DNA of 64,000 nt from Camelus dromedarius. Taxonomy: Eukaryota. The position numbers and the translations under genes were made by a program. Shown here in pieces: positions 1-12,859 of this stretch (positions are counted from its first letter, which is position 1; each line of letters opens with the position of its first letter). The DNA lies in NCBI RefSeq assembly GCF_036321535.1, contig NC_087437.1, positions 45,944,001-46,008,000 on the forward strand. The letters are read 5' to 3'. The notes beneath the pieces were generated by a model. It was not told the DNA's origin. It worked only from the letters and a program-made list of their open reading frames with translations, and made no database searches.

Positions 1-979
1 TAATCAGTTTCTATAGCTTCCTGATTTACTGTTTAAAATAAAAATTTGATTAAGTAAAAATAACTCAAAGTTTTGATAATGCACTATATAAAATATTTTG
101 TCATATAAAATATTGTTTAAGCAATTAATTCTTAAAAAAAACCAAAAAGTAAAAACTCATTCTATATATTGACCCCCCAAATAGTCATACCATTTAGATA
201 AGGAATTACTTTTTGTAAGGGAGAATCATTCTGAATTCTAATTAACAGTGATGAGATCACTTAGAATACAGCCAGAATAAACATTAGAAATTTAATCCAA
301 TTCTGTCATCTAATTTTACAAGAGTACTCGCCAGTCATCCAAGACAGACTCAGCGAAGAGAGCAAAGCCCAACTCCCAGAGCCCAGTGGTCTTTCTGCTG
401 CATTACACAGTCAACAGATTCTCATTCCACAGAGAAAGGATTCTAAATGATCTCTTTAAACAAATAACAATGGTTCTCCTGAAAATTATTCACTAAAAAT
501 GGGTAGAATTCTAGCCATTTAACTGCCCATTAACTATAAATATTAGGATAAAGGCAATTGGAGAATTTTATTAATAAGATGGACAAAAACACAAGAGCTA
601 TATAACTGAAGTTTAACAAGAAAATTTTATTCACAAAATATAGTGCACGTGTTAAAATACAAGATCATCATTATATAGTAATACTTTTCTTTTTTTATAT
701 CTACATAGTAATACTTTTCATTCTGAAAACATAGCCAAGATAATGGAAATCCTCAAAGAAGCAGTTTTGCTTTTTAAAAAAAAACACCACTAAATAATCA
801 AACATTATTTTAAGTACCTTAAATTACATACTTTTAAAAACATTTCTTCCACTTGGGAACACATATGTGTATTGTCAAATTGCAAAAAACTTTCAAAATT
901 CGTAACAGATTCTTAAGAACAAGAGAATAATAAAAAGATCAACTAAAACACTGACATTCGGAGTAGGAGGAATTCTTAC

Positions 980-1054
980 CATTGGCAGTGCATTGATGTG
1001 GGGATGTACAACTGAATATCCAGTACCGCCAATCACAAGTTGCTGTTGCTGATG
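980..1054 (-). other. TBL1XR1: Non-coding (5'UTR) internal exon, probably TBL1XR1 exon 2; the window from 1055 upward would be intron 1
   Basis: Minus strand reads ttttactttcctttttctcag|CATCAGCAACAGCAACTTGTGATTGGCGGTACTGGATATTCAGTTGTACATCCCCACATCAATGCACTGCCAATG|gtaag: strong pyrimidine tract, AG acceptor and GTAAG donor. The gene identity is recalled from the human TBL1XR1 5'UTR, not verified by search. Confidence 0.75.
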
Positions 1055-3750
1055 CTGAGAAAAAGGAAAGTAAAATATTCAGTGTGCCCTAAAACAAATT
1101 CAGTTTAAAAAATTTCCCACACCAAGTTCTACACGTATGAAATGCTGTTTATTCCCTTAAGGTCCCCATGAGTGAATCTCTTTCTCCCCCTAAGCAGCTG
1201 TTGTCATAAACAACAGCAGCACCTTGTCAGTGTGTAGTACGTGGTGGCACGGAATCTTTACAACATTCCTAAAAAGTTGACACGTGAACAAAATGAGACT
1301 CAAGAGGTGAATTTGCATAAAGGAGGCACTCATCCCCATTCCTCTCAACTCATGGAAATAACCCTGCAATAGGGTCCAGCACAGAAGGTCCATAGTTTAT
1401 GATTATGAGCCATATGGTATAACTTGATATGCTACATATCCTGTTTAATAATAAATAGAAATACACAACTGGTTTTGAAAGTTTCAATCAAAACTTATTT
1501 AATTTTAAATTCTTCAGAGCTTATGCTTTACAGAGTTTACCCAGTCTTCTCCATTGCTGAGTCACAGCACATTATTTTCCAAGAACCTTTTGGTAAACAG
1601 ACGAGTAGTTTTTCACACGTGCTGTCAGAGTGGTGACCCTCAGGTGGAACACTGACCAGTGCAGCCTGCACCGTGTGCCAGCACAGAGTGCACTTGTCTG
1701 TAGGACTACAAGCTGACGCCACAAAAAGCAATGTAGGAGCTTCTCCTCATACACCAAAAAGTGAATTAAGTCAGTAACACCAGGCAAGTACACTGAATAA
1801 CTGCAGAAAGAATTTAATCCCTTGAAGTTTGCTCCCTTCTGATTTTATCTGTAATTGACTGGAACCCTCATTTGTGCTGACTGCCAACTCCAAGGCCACA
1901 CTAAATAACTTCAACACAGCTACACAACTTCCAGGTAGGTGAGCTATAAGAAGACCTAAGAATTAAAATAATGTTTATTAAACACACCACACACTCAACT
2001 GAAATTATAGATGGTTGTATCAACATACAACATCTCACCAGCCTCTGGTGCTTCAAGACAGGTAAGTGAGCCCCAAGGCTTTTTGGTACAACACACTAGG
2101 TACTAAGTTGAAATTGAAATTGAAATTAAAAAGTTAAAATTAAATTGGTTTCTCCATTAGATGTTTTCCTAGTCAACTCATTTATCTATGCTCTGGCCAT
2201 TGTGCAGTGAATTTATAAAGCATACCACACAGTTCTTAGGTTATAAAATGAATACCTGAATTTTAAAGATAAAATTATAAATCCTACAAAAGAATGGCAA
2301 AAGTCTAAGGTGATTTAAGATAACCCAACAGAATATACAGTAAAGCTATCTGTACTAAAGTAGCTCAAGTTGTCCGAAAAACAAAACCACGTGTGTCCTT
2401 AACATCTGTCTATTTATAATCTCACTTGCTCACCATCTTCTACACTGACCACCAACCATCCCTCTGTTCTCTACACTCTCTGGGTGCCATAACATTGCTC
2501 ACTCCTCTGCCAGAAATGTCCTTCTACTATGGTTCTGCCCACAAACCTAGTCCACCTCTTCTTTCAAGATTTAGCCCAAATCATCTTCCTTCCTTGGTTA
2601 TTCACCCACCATCTGAAGAGAGAAATACCAGCCTCCTTGACCACAACTTTGCAATGTCTTCTTCTCTCTTAACATGCCTACCACACTTCCTGAGACCAAG
2701 GACTGACCTGTTCATCTTGCTGTCCTATCACAAACTAAGAAGGGGGCCTTGAACATATATGGATCCTGAGATACATATGTTGATAAAATGTTATAATATC
2801 TGTATGTGTAGGAATACGTACATACATATTCAGAAACAAAACACAGTAGATATTGAATTACAGCACAAGTAAATTCTGTTGGTAAGAAAGAACTCAACAG
2901 TGGGTTTTTATTTTAAAAATGCTTAAGAAAGTCTGGCTATACCGATTATTTTAGTATCACTTCCAGGAAATGGCCAATAAGGTTGATGTTTTGCTATTTA
3001 AAAAAACTCAATGATAAGTCACATTATAAAATCGGTATAAAACTACCAACTACTTTGTGTACTACATAAACTAGACCCATGTGCTTCTTAGGATGAAACA
3101 AATGTTTGAGACTTTGGTTTTGTCCCCAAACAAAAAACTTTGCTTTTTGAATCTATACTTGAGAATATTTTACCTAAAATAAATAAAGGGTTAATTTTAG
3201 AATAGGCTTTCAGTATAGAAACAGACACTGCTAATTCAGCAGACATCTTAAATCTACCAACCACATAGACTTTTAAGATGCAAAAATCATATGAAAGAGT
3301 AAAACAGTAAATTCTGACCAATCTTCAAAAATACTACCCTGAAGTCTCCAGAGGTAAACTTATTTGATTTGCAAATTTCTTTTAAAAGCTAACGGATTCT
3401 GGGCCCTTTCCCTAGAAAAAGGTACAAACAAAAACATTTGCTTACAATTTAAAGTAGTGACATAATCTAATCTACAACCTAGTGGCCAGTAACAAAGTCA
3501 AGAATGTGTATCTGGTATCCGTAAGAAACAGAAGCTACAAATGAATTTTTCAAATTCAGAGAATTGAGGGAAATTATCTGAATAATTAAGAGACAAACAT
3601 AACAATCCTATCATAATTAATCTGCTTAGAAAGATTTCTCTTAAATGCACTTCTGGGCAAAAGTCACAAATAAAGTTCAAATTAAATTCCTTAGCACAAG
3701 ACTGAAAGCACAGTAAACAAAGGTGATTACCTCCGACTGGAACAATTTAA

Positions 3751-3833
3751 CATGTTGATCGCCACATCACCCAAATCTGGGTGACAGTTATGTTTCCTCA
3801 AGGGCACCCGATCCACAGTGGGCGATCAACATG
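3751..3833. mobile_element. Putative piggyBac-type MITE (83 bp, TTAA TSD, 13-bp terminal inverted repeats)
   Basis: TTAA(3747-3750)-CATGTTGATCGCC...GGCGATCAACATG-TTAA(3834-3837): perfect TIRs, with internal near-palindrome TCACCCAAATCTGGGTGA. Confidence 0.65.
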
Positions 3834-5269
3834 TTAAGGAATATATGTGTAAGTCAAAGCATTTCAACTGAACTTTCTTAACTTTGCCAGTTGCCTTCTT
3901 CAACATGGCAATATCATACCATACATTCATTAAAGCTCTAAAGCATTACATCCTATACTCTCCTCCCCCCATTCTCATCTCTCACAGAATCACAAACACA
4001 CACATTATACTCCAGGCAGCTAGAAGATGAGGTGAGTGAAAAGGGGGAAGGAGCTGTGACAGAGGAGCCATCTTAAGAAAACTAATCCTGAGATCAGGCT
4101 CAAAGGCAGAATAGTCAGATCAAAAACAACTTTGCCATCACTGGCTCTGATTTTCACTGGCCTGTGTTAAGTGACTTGGAGAAAATGAATTTAAAAGTTG
4201 TGTGTTATGATCTAAAAGTTTCTAAAAATAAGATACACACGAGACCACAAACCCACATAAAGAACATTTAAACACGCACTGGTATCTAGGCATCCAATTA
4301 TCACTTCAGTTGAATTTCACTGGCAGTATCACATGTGGTTGAATTTTATATTAAATTTATACCCTCAAAAGGCCCACTACTGTGCAGGAAAAGACCAAAA
4401 CCTTACCAAGTATCTTAAAATTCGCCTGTCAGAGAGTAAGCAATCCAACTAAAAACAACAGCCTCTCTCATACAAAGCCACAGAGTTTTTAAAATTAAAA
4501 TTTGGTTTGGGCAGTTTCAAGTGTTATTAAAAGTAAAATTTATTTTTTAGGCACTAACATACACTCATCAAAAGTTTCCAGATCACTCTCAATGGTAGAG
4601 AATCTACATATAAGAAAAGGATCAGAGTCAAACTTAAATTATGACACTAGAAAAGTGATATAAAAATGTGTGAATATACATTATGGTCAGTTACTTTAAA
4701 AAAGTTTTAGTACATCAATAATGTGTAATTATAATTTCTTCTTCCCTTCCAAAAAAACTGTTATTAAATTAACGGTGCAACTTATAACTTAAGATGTCCT
4801 AGAAACATGACTGATCTGACATTGTTTTTTTTAAGACAAAATTATAGTAGCGAAATCTTTTTTTTCTTTTTTTTAAGTAGTTTAGGAGGAAGAAACAAGT
4901 AAAAGGGTGGAAGAAGACAGCAGAAATAGCATAAAGACCTAAGAAATAATGGGATTAAAAAAAAAATCAAGCTTTCCCTATTTCAAATTTCCCAAAGATC
5001 ACACAGGCAGGTACCCTGGCACTTAACAAGTTACGAGGAAAAAATTGACATAATTCCTTAATCTTATTAGGTTTCTTACTCTTCCCACGGGTTGAATATT
5101 TGATTCAAGATACCAAGAATTTGAATAGCTAATTAGGCTAAGACAACACAAAAATTTGCTGCTGAAGAATCCATTCCCAGTAGAAATGAGAATAGCTCTG
5201 CCAGGGATGTTGCGTCTTTGATTAAGTCTGTCCTACAGAAATTCCTTTCCAGTTCTAACTACACAGTGG

Positions 5270-5368
5270 GTCCTTCACTTGGATTTAATTGGTCTAGGGC
5301 AGAACCTGCACATCAGTTGAATTTCAAAGCTCCCCCAGGTGATTCCAATGGGAATTGAGAACCACTGA
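5270..5368. mobile_element. MER5-type hAT-Charlie fragment
   Basis: gatttaattggtctagggc...aaagctcccccaggtgattcc...ttgagaaccactg resembles the MER5 terminus. Confidence 0.6.
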
Positions 5369-6014
5369 ACTATGCGGCAGGAAAGGACAGAATGGGGAAT
5401 TTTACTACAGTCTAATTATTAATCCATGGGGTTGGGAAGGGACAAAGAGGGATCACTTTTTTCAAATATTAGCACAGCAAAGTGAGTCGTTCTTTTGTTC
5501 CTAGAACTAGAGTGGGAAACATACTATATCGAATACATTAAAAGTTTTCTTAATTTGATTTTAAGATTAACAATAGGAAACAAAAGATAAACTGAATCCC
5601 TCTCCCCAAAAACGAATTAGAAAAGGAAGGACAATGATAATGAGTATGTCTTAGAAAGAGACCCAGACAGGCCAAAACACAGAGGAGTTACCATTTTTTT
5701 TAAAAAAGGCAGAAAAGGAGCATTGTTGACTACCTACATTTAGATAAAAAGACACATAAAGACCAAATGAGACAAGTTTTGTGTCACAAAATTATGAGCA
5801 GGTAAAAATTACAGAAAGGTACTTCTTCTGCTCACTCTGATGAAAACCCATTCCACCACACAGCAAGGACGTTACTACAGGGGAATATACTATGGGATTG
5901 TATGTGTGCCCTGTCCAATTCCCTCCACTTCAGCATTCAAGTGTCTGCTATCAGGGCCACCAATAACCTCGCCGGCACCTTTGTGCAAATTAGACTCCAG
6001 GAGGACAAATAAGG

Positions 6015-6017
6015 AAA

Positions 6018-6093
<76 letters not shown>
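6015..6093 (+). repeat. A-run followed by (GA)n microsatellite
   Basis: Directly visible, about 33 GA units. Confidence 0.95.
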
Positions 6094-6096
<3 letters not shown>

Positions 6097-6104
6097 CCGT
6101 ATTA

Positions 6105-6285
6105 GTTAGGAGCCTGGACTGTGGAACCACACAGCTCTGAAACTATGGTCAGACGGTCTAAGGCAAGTTATTTAACCTCTTGGTGCCTTAGTTTAGTTAC
6201 CTGTAGAATAAACTATTTTGAGAGGTGACTAACTTAGTATTTCTAACATGCTAAACAGTGCCTGGCATAGAATTCAAATCATTTT
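6105..6285 (+). mobile_element. MIR SINE
   Basis: ggcaagttatttaacctcttggtgccttagttt...ctgtagaat...aaacagtgcctggcatag resembles the MIR core and tail. Confidence 0.65.
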
Positions 6286-7497
6286 AAAATAATAGATTTA
6301 AGTTAAAAGGAGGCCTTTCCTCTGAGAAGACAGAGTCCCAATACCAGGGAAATGCTTGGCGGGCAGTGTGGCCTGAATGCAGCACCTGTTTGTACCCCCA
6401 GTCCGTGAACTTCTGCACAGGACACCATCTTCATTCACAGTCTTCTGTACTCTACAGTGCAGCTGTGTCTTCTGTGAGTTGATGTAACAGCACTACTACA
6501 TGCACATACAAGAAAGGTCATCACTGGAAAAGTTTTAATTTACAACAGATTTGGAGTGCACCTGAAAAGGAGAGTTGTCTTGACCAGCATGACTACAGAG
6601 TGACAATGAACACACCTGACCCCCTTACTAAAGCACAGCCTCTCAATCACACTTCAAAACTAAGTCTTCAACTTTTCAGTTTGTAATAGGAAGGAATACA
6701 CTTAACTTTCTTTTTTATTAAGAATGTGCCAGCAGATAATTACAAAAATGAAAACTGTCACTCTGAAGTACTGTGGACAGAAAGAGAAAAAAGTACATTT
6801 ATATTAAATTAGATCTTAGGTTCAAAATTTTTTAATGTTACATTTCTATCTACTACTGAAGGATTCAAAAGTGTCATTCTTGAGTGTCTTTACTTAAGAT
6901 TATTTCCTTACAGATTTTCATATGAAAAAACTTAAACTGGTTGCTTCGACTTTATATTTTTTACATTGGTATAATCTAGACAGCACCAACAAATGTCCTT
7001 ACAGTAAGTTAAAACAAATTGCTCATTTAGCTACCATGTTTCTATGAGAATGGCTATCAGAAATACACTCCTGTAAAAAATCAGGGCTATCCTGTCTTCT
7101 AACATAATTCATCCCCAGTATAAGGTAAAAATGAATGACATATTCATAATTCTAAAAAATGCCTAATTCTCATCTTACGTTGGTTTGCCAAACTGCTTTC
7201 AATTTAACCTTTTCACCAAGTTTAAAATGAGGCTTTTAAACCAGCAAATACACTAAGTTGTCTGCCTGATCCAGTTAGAACATACAAACAAGGAATAGGG
7301 ACACACATACACTCACACACAGTCTCTCCAGGGATAGTGAAAAGAAAGACCACCTTTCTTAAAGAATTCATTTCATTTACTTCAATACAAAACACTGCTC
7401 CTCTCCCTGTCTACCACACAAGTTCTAATAAAGCACTGGACTGTATGAATACTACAACTGCTCCATCTTACTTCTCAGCTATTGTTATGCAATGGTC

Positions 7498-7700
7498 TAG
7501 AAGTTGGCAAACTATGGCCAGAAACTAAATATTTTGGGGTTTTGCAGTCCACTTGCTCTCTGTCACAACTACTCAATTCTGCTATTATGGTGCAAAGCAG
7601 CCACAGACAATATATACATGAACGGGCATTTCTGTTTCCACTAAAACTCTATTCCAATACACACACACAAAAGGGTTGCAGGCAATACTTTTTGGCCCTG
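7498..7700. mobile_element. MER58A-like hAT-Charlie MITE
   Basis: gttggcaaactatggcc...ctctgtcacaactactcaattctgc...aaagcagccacagacaatat...tgtttccactaaaact. Confidence 0.7.
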
Positions 7701-8029
7701 ATATAACTTCCAAGACCATCCAAAATTCTCCTGATGAAGAACGGAGCATAATGCTTTTGGGTTAAATAAAAATAAAAATAATTTTTAATCAAATAAAGTA
7801 ACAGACCAAGTGAAAAAAATTATTCAAGCATTCTACACTAAAACTACATAACTATTCTATGGGAAGGAAAATTTCCAAATCATTCAAACATATTATATAT
7901 AATATATATATGAACGAACTCTCTTGGAACTATATATAATAATGAAGTCTCATCAGAAAGGAAGAGTATTAAAGTATTAGAGTACAGTATTAAAACTTTG
8001 GTGTTTCTCTGCCATCCTCAGATGCTTGA

Positions 8030-8200
8030 AAGGCAGTGGAGGCAGAATGGAAAGAACAAGAGATTTCTACTCTTACTACTTAAACACTTAAGTGTTTCAC
8101 ATCATGCCCATTTAACCATGAGCAAGTCCTCAATGTCCGCATCTGTGAAATGAGGCTATTCTATAACACTACAATCTGCAGAGATGATATGAGCATTAAG
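8030..8200 (+). mobile_element. Degenerate MIR
   Basis: catgagcaagtcctcaatgtccgcatctgtgaaatgagg...atgagcattaa. Confidence 0.45.
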
Positions 8201-10454
8201 ATAGCTTCGCTGAAAGTACAAATATAGTTTAGATTATTGTAAGAAAAAAAAACTGATTTGAACAAGAGTGCACCAATCCTATCAAATCCCTAAAGATATT
8301 TTCATACAGAAATAATACTAGTAAATATTAGCTAATTATAACTACTTATATAGCTTTAAAGGGCAAAAAAGGGTTAAGAATACTATAATATTCAAAGAAT
8401 AAAAATTTAGGTCCTAAGCAAAAAAACTGTTTATGACTTACCATGCAACTATAAAAATAGCAATGGGAAGTATTTAAAAAAAAAAAAAAAGACAAACAAC
8501 AAAGAAAGAGAACAATGAAGGCATAGAAATAACAGAGTGGTCCTGGAAATGAACTCTCTTGGCTAGAGCAAATGGAAGCAAGAAAAATGTTGGCCAGAAG
8601 TTTTGCCAATACAAGCTAATGTTCACCAAGCAGTGGGTGAGAAGAAATATGAGTTATTATGCCTGTTTTAAAATAAGAGAAAATGAACTTGTAGTTTAGC
8701 TTTCTGACATGGCTAGTGACAACTGGATACCAAAATTCACTTCTTTAAGGTGAACTAAACTGTTACTGCTAAAGATGTTTTCACAGTTTCAACAATCCTA
8801 AATAATAATATAATCCACAGATAAATCTGGGAAGGAAACAAGTAAATTGTGTATTTGTAATTATTTTTAACAAGTTCATAAAACTATCTATAGACAGATT
8901 TATATTTAAACAATATGTCAATTTTCTTATCTTTTCCCAAGTCTCTAATATCAAAGTAACCAAAAACTCCATCAACAACAAAGGTTCTGCAAGCTATAAA
9001 TGAACTCTCTCCATTAGTAATGCACTAGTCACTCCAGAAAAAGCAAACTGAGGAGAAAGCCAGATTCTCCTTCAGAAGACCAGGAAGCAATGTAATTTAA
9101 AACACGTTTATCTCTAAGCCAAGTTAAAGGGTAGGGTTTTTGTTTTTCAAATTAAGTGTAAGATTTATCCTGCAATAGACAACAGAAGTATGGTGAGAAA
9201 GGAAAAGAGAAGGAGAGGGGAGAAAGAAGGAGAAGAAAAGTGTTAATGCCTCTACCGGATACTGTTAATATTAAAGTTAGTCTATGACCAACATTGCAAC
9301 AAAACTTACTAAAGTACTGCAGTAAATAAAGATCCTTGCCCTAACAAAGTTGAAATTCCAGCAGAATTTAAAATTTAGTGTTATGTAAAAGGTGGTAAAT
9401 GCTATGAAAAAAGAAAAAGTCCAAGTCTGGTGAGGAGAATGAAAAATTTTCAGGGGGAAGGAAGTAGTTGGTGCTCTCAGACTGCAGGAGTAGGATGGTC
9501 AGAATGGCCTGTATTTCAGTTGAGAGCTGGTGAGATACTCCGGAAGTTACTGTATTTTCTGTGTTCTGAATTTGTCCAATCATGTATGAGACATGCCTTA
9601 TCTTATGTGTCAGCTTATTAGTGTTGGAAACTGTACCTACATCCACATTCACAAAATAGGTCATTTATATTTCAATTACTCTAATTTTTTTCTCTGAAAT
9701 GTAAGTTATTACCTACATCTCCCATGTATTATACAGTATAATTCCTAGGGTAGATATTAGGCATTATAAATGACAGGTTAATTTAAATATTTAGCATTAT
9801 AATATTATGGAGGCCATCACAAAAGTTATTAAATGCAAAAAAGTAGATAAGCTAAATAAGAGGAACTGAGTAACTTGCCCAGGGTCTGTTCGGTCAAATT
9901 ATTTTTCATACAAGCATTCTTACAAAGTTAACAGCTTTGAACTTTTCCAAGATGCAGGATACTGAAAAATAGAAACATGCCACCGAAATGGAATCCCTGG
10001 TCACTTAAGTCTTACTACAGTTTAGACAACAGACCCAATTTTTTAAATACCATCAAATGCTTACATTGTACCTAGTACTATATATAATTTCCCACCCATC
10101 ATTACCTTAAAATACTCAATTAGTAAAAATAACCAAACACAACTGTGGATATAGACCAAAGTGTCCTCAAATGCTTAAGAATCCCTGGTCTTGTTCCCCT
10201 CCTCATCCCACTGTGTTCTTTAGTGAAACAATAATAAAGAGACAAGTGAGAGCAGTTTGTGAAAATGTATAAAGGTAGAACTATAAAGGCTGGCTTAGCT
10301 TTTTTCAATACCTTTAATTGTAAACTCCTGGAAAAAATGAAAATATCTCTATAACTTGTACGTATCATACATAAAACGTAATTCTAGATTCCAGTGACTC
10401 GGGGGTGGGGAGGCTGCAGGATCTGTGGAGGCAGGGTGGGCAACAAAGTCTTAC

Positions 10455-10645
10455 CTCTTCCTCGTAAGAAGGAAAATAAGCCAGAAACGGTTTCAAGAAA
10501 ATTTTGAGGAAGATATCTTCCTCACAAAAACAGAAATCTGTTGTGTGTGACTGTTCACTGGTCTCGATCTCAAGACTAATCAGATGGAAAGAACTACCCT
10601 GATGATTCAGACTTAATGGAATCACAGGACCTAAGCGGGCCACAC
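10455..10645 (-). other. Candidate additional or alternative 5' exon of the host gene
   Basis: Minus strand: ...ttcctgtccttctgagtaaacagcctacag|GTGTGG...GAGGAAGAG|gtaaga. Consensus donor, moderate acceptor, non-repetitive sequence with several CpGs. Confidence 0.4.
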
Positions 10646-11499
10646 CTGTAGGCTGTTTACTCAGAAGGACAGGAAAGCCTACAGAGGTAGCATCAGGCCA
10701 GAGGTGTCAGCAGAACATGCAATCCAGGAGCTACAGTCTGCGCTTCTCTTTACAGCACCACCACACGACTGCTGAGGTACAACGGGGCAAAACCCCACAG
10801 AAGGGTGTGGAAACCACCCTGGCTTAGGAACCCTAAGCTCCACAGAGTTATCATCTTTTGAGTCTCACAGGCAGAACTTCCAGGAGACACAACTCATCAA
10901 GGGATGTGCTCAGTTAAAAGAATGTACCACATCCTCCTACCCATACTCATCCACAAGCCCAATGTCACAAGCCAGCGACCACTTTGCCACACCCTACCCT
11001 GGCCAGTAATACTGCTGACATTCCACCTTTATGCGCCAAGTGAAACACAGCTAAAAGTTAAACCACAGTCATTTACCCATAGAAGGGGAAGGTTTGATGA
11101 ACCCTTTCCTCACAACACAATTGAGTCCGCATCCCTATTCTGCCTCTAGGGTGTTAGTGGTCTTGGGCCTGTAACTTAAGTTTCTATAGGACTAATTCAC
11201 TGCCTCTGTAACCAATGACTGGGCTGAATTCTGAAATCCTAAGGTCTTTTAAAAAATAAGAACTAGGCTCACCAAAAAAAAAAAAAAAAAAAAAGCCCTC
11301 AAATGAAAGAAGAATGCCCTGATTTCTGAGAAATAAAAGCAAGAGACATAAAATCAAACAAACCAAAAAATATCTTACAAATAGCACAGAACACTTGTTT
11401 TGATGATATAAAGGTTAAACAAAGTTAAAGAAAAGCAATCTAGTTCACAAAGAAATTGAAGCCCAGAGGTTCAGTGTTCTTAACACAAGTGACGACATA

Positions 11500-11680
11500 A
11501 ATATTAAATCTGCACTGCTTGTGCATTTAGTATCATATAAATCTCATAACAAGCTTGTACAGCAGGTATTACTATCTCTGTTTCAGAAACAAGCTAACTG
11601 GGGCTCAAAAAAGTTACGAGACCAAAATCAGCACTAATAAGAGGCAGAGTTAGTGGACATCAGACACTAGGTTCAACTCA
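11500..11680 (-). mobile_element. MIR SINE
   Basis: aatctcataacaagc...caggtattactatctctgtttcagaaacaagctaactggggctcaaaaaagttac. Confidence 0.6.
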
Positions 11681-12524
11681 ACCATTCTCCTTCTCTAGGT
11701 CTCCTGAGTCCCTTTTTCAAAGCCTTTGTTTCCAAAAAAAAGTTTTCTTACTCCAACATGACAAAGAATTTGTAAGGACAGTATCACTTAACTAAGAAGG
11801 AAGAGACCTATGTCCATATTCTTATTGCTGCAGGTAGGATGGAATCGGCCACCCCCAAGGGACAGTATAAGTCTTCTCACCAATAAATACGTTTTTGCCA
11901 CCCACCTCTATCCAGCTTCCAAGTACTTTTGACCTAGAGTATTCCAAACAACTAACTAGTCCTTGAAATACTACGTGGCTTTAATAGTTAAAAACCTGAT
12001 ACATACAGAAATCAGGGACCTCATCTGATGAGAGGGTAAATTTATTTAATTTACATAATCAGTGTTCATAAGAGAGCATGCAATTTTAAAATGCATAATC
12101 CTCCTACTTACGGAAGTTTACCAAAAAGCCTTAAAAGGCACGAAAGTATTGTAGCCATTTCTGCATCAAGTACTGTGCTGCTTATGGCTTAATATTCATT
12201 ATCCAAGTCAAAAGCCCAAAAGTCACACCTAACTGGTCCCTATCTTCGTCAGCCTTATCAATCATTAAAATCTGTTCTTCTTCCTAAATAAATGTCTCTA
12301 CACTGCCTACTGGCCTCTTAGAATCCCACCATCCACATTCCTCAATCTCCTTTCTTTACAAGTTTAAGTATAACGCCCAAAATATTTTCAATAGGCATGC
12401 ATCCCAGAGTTTATTATTGAATATCACTTGGTTATCTGGAAATTCAGCTTTTTAAAAATTCTGAAGTGAGAGAGGGAACAATTGGTCTCTTTGTTGGGTC
12501 ACTGCTTAATTAGCCATTATTCGC

Positions 12525-12820
12525 GTAACAACTGTTAGTTGTCTTCAGCCTCCTTGCTAACATGATCCCAGTTTTGTTCAAAGCAGCAACATGTCCAGAT
12601 AAATATTTTCTCACTCAGCCTTTCTTGTAGCCAGAGGTAGCCACATGATACAGTCTGGCTAGTAAGATACAAGCAGAAATGGGCAAGGGAGGAGGCTAGG
12701 ATAGTTTCTGCTTTCCTGAAAACAGACAACAGATGTAGCACTTCCTTCCGCTTGAACAGGATGCCTCCTGCAGCAGCAGCCATTTTTTAATCAATGAGCC
12801 TGATGGACAATGGAATAAAA
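12525..12820. mobile_element. Old ERVL-MaLR LTR fragment (MLT1-like)
   Basis: ttctcactcagcctttcttgtagccagaggtagccacatgatacagtctggc...gcagcagcagccatttt. Confidence 0.5.
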
Positions 12821-12859
12821 AAATAGCAACTCTTCCCTCTATATTTTTAAAATTTGTTT

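Noticed and set aside
5840..6109. 89-aa ORF with an RE dipeptide repeat
   Set aside because: Produced by the (GA)n microsatellite.
10365..10643. 92-aa ORF as a coding exon
   Set aside because: It has a GTG start, runs through the putative donor and resembles no protein I recognise; kept only as a candidate non-coding exon.
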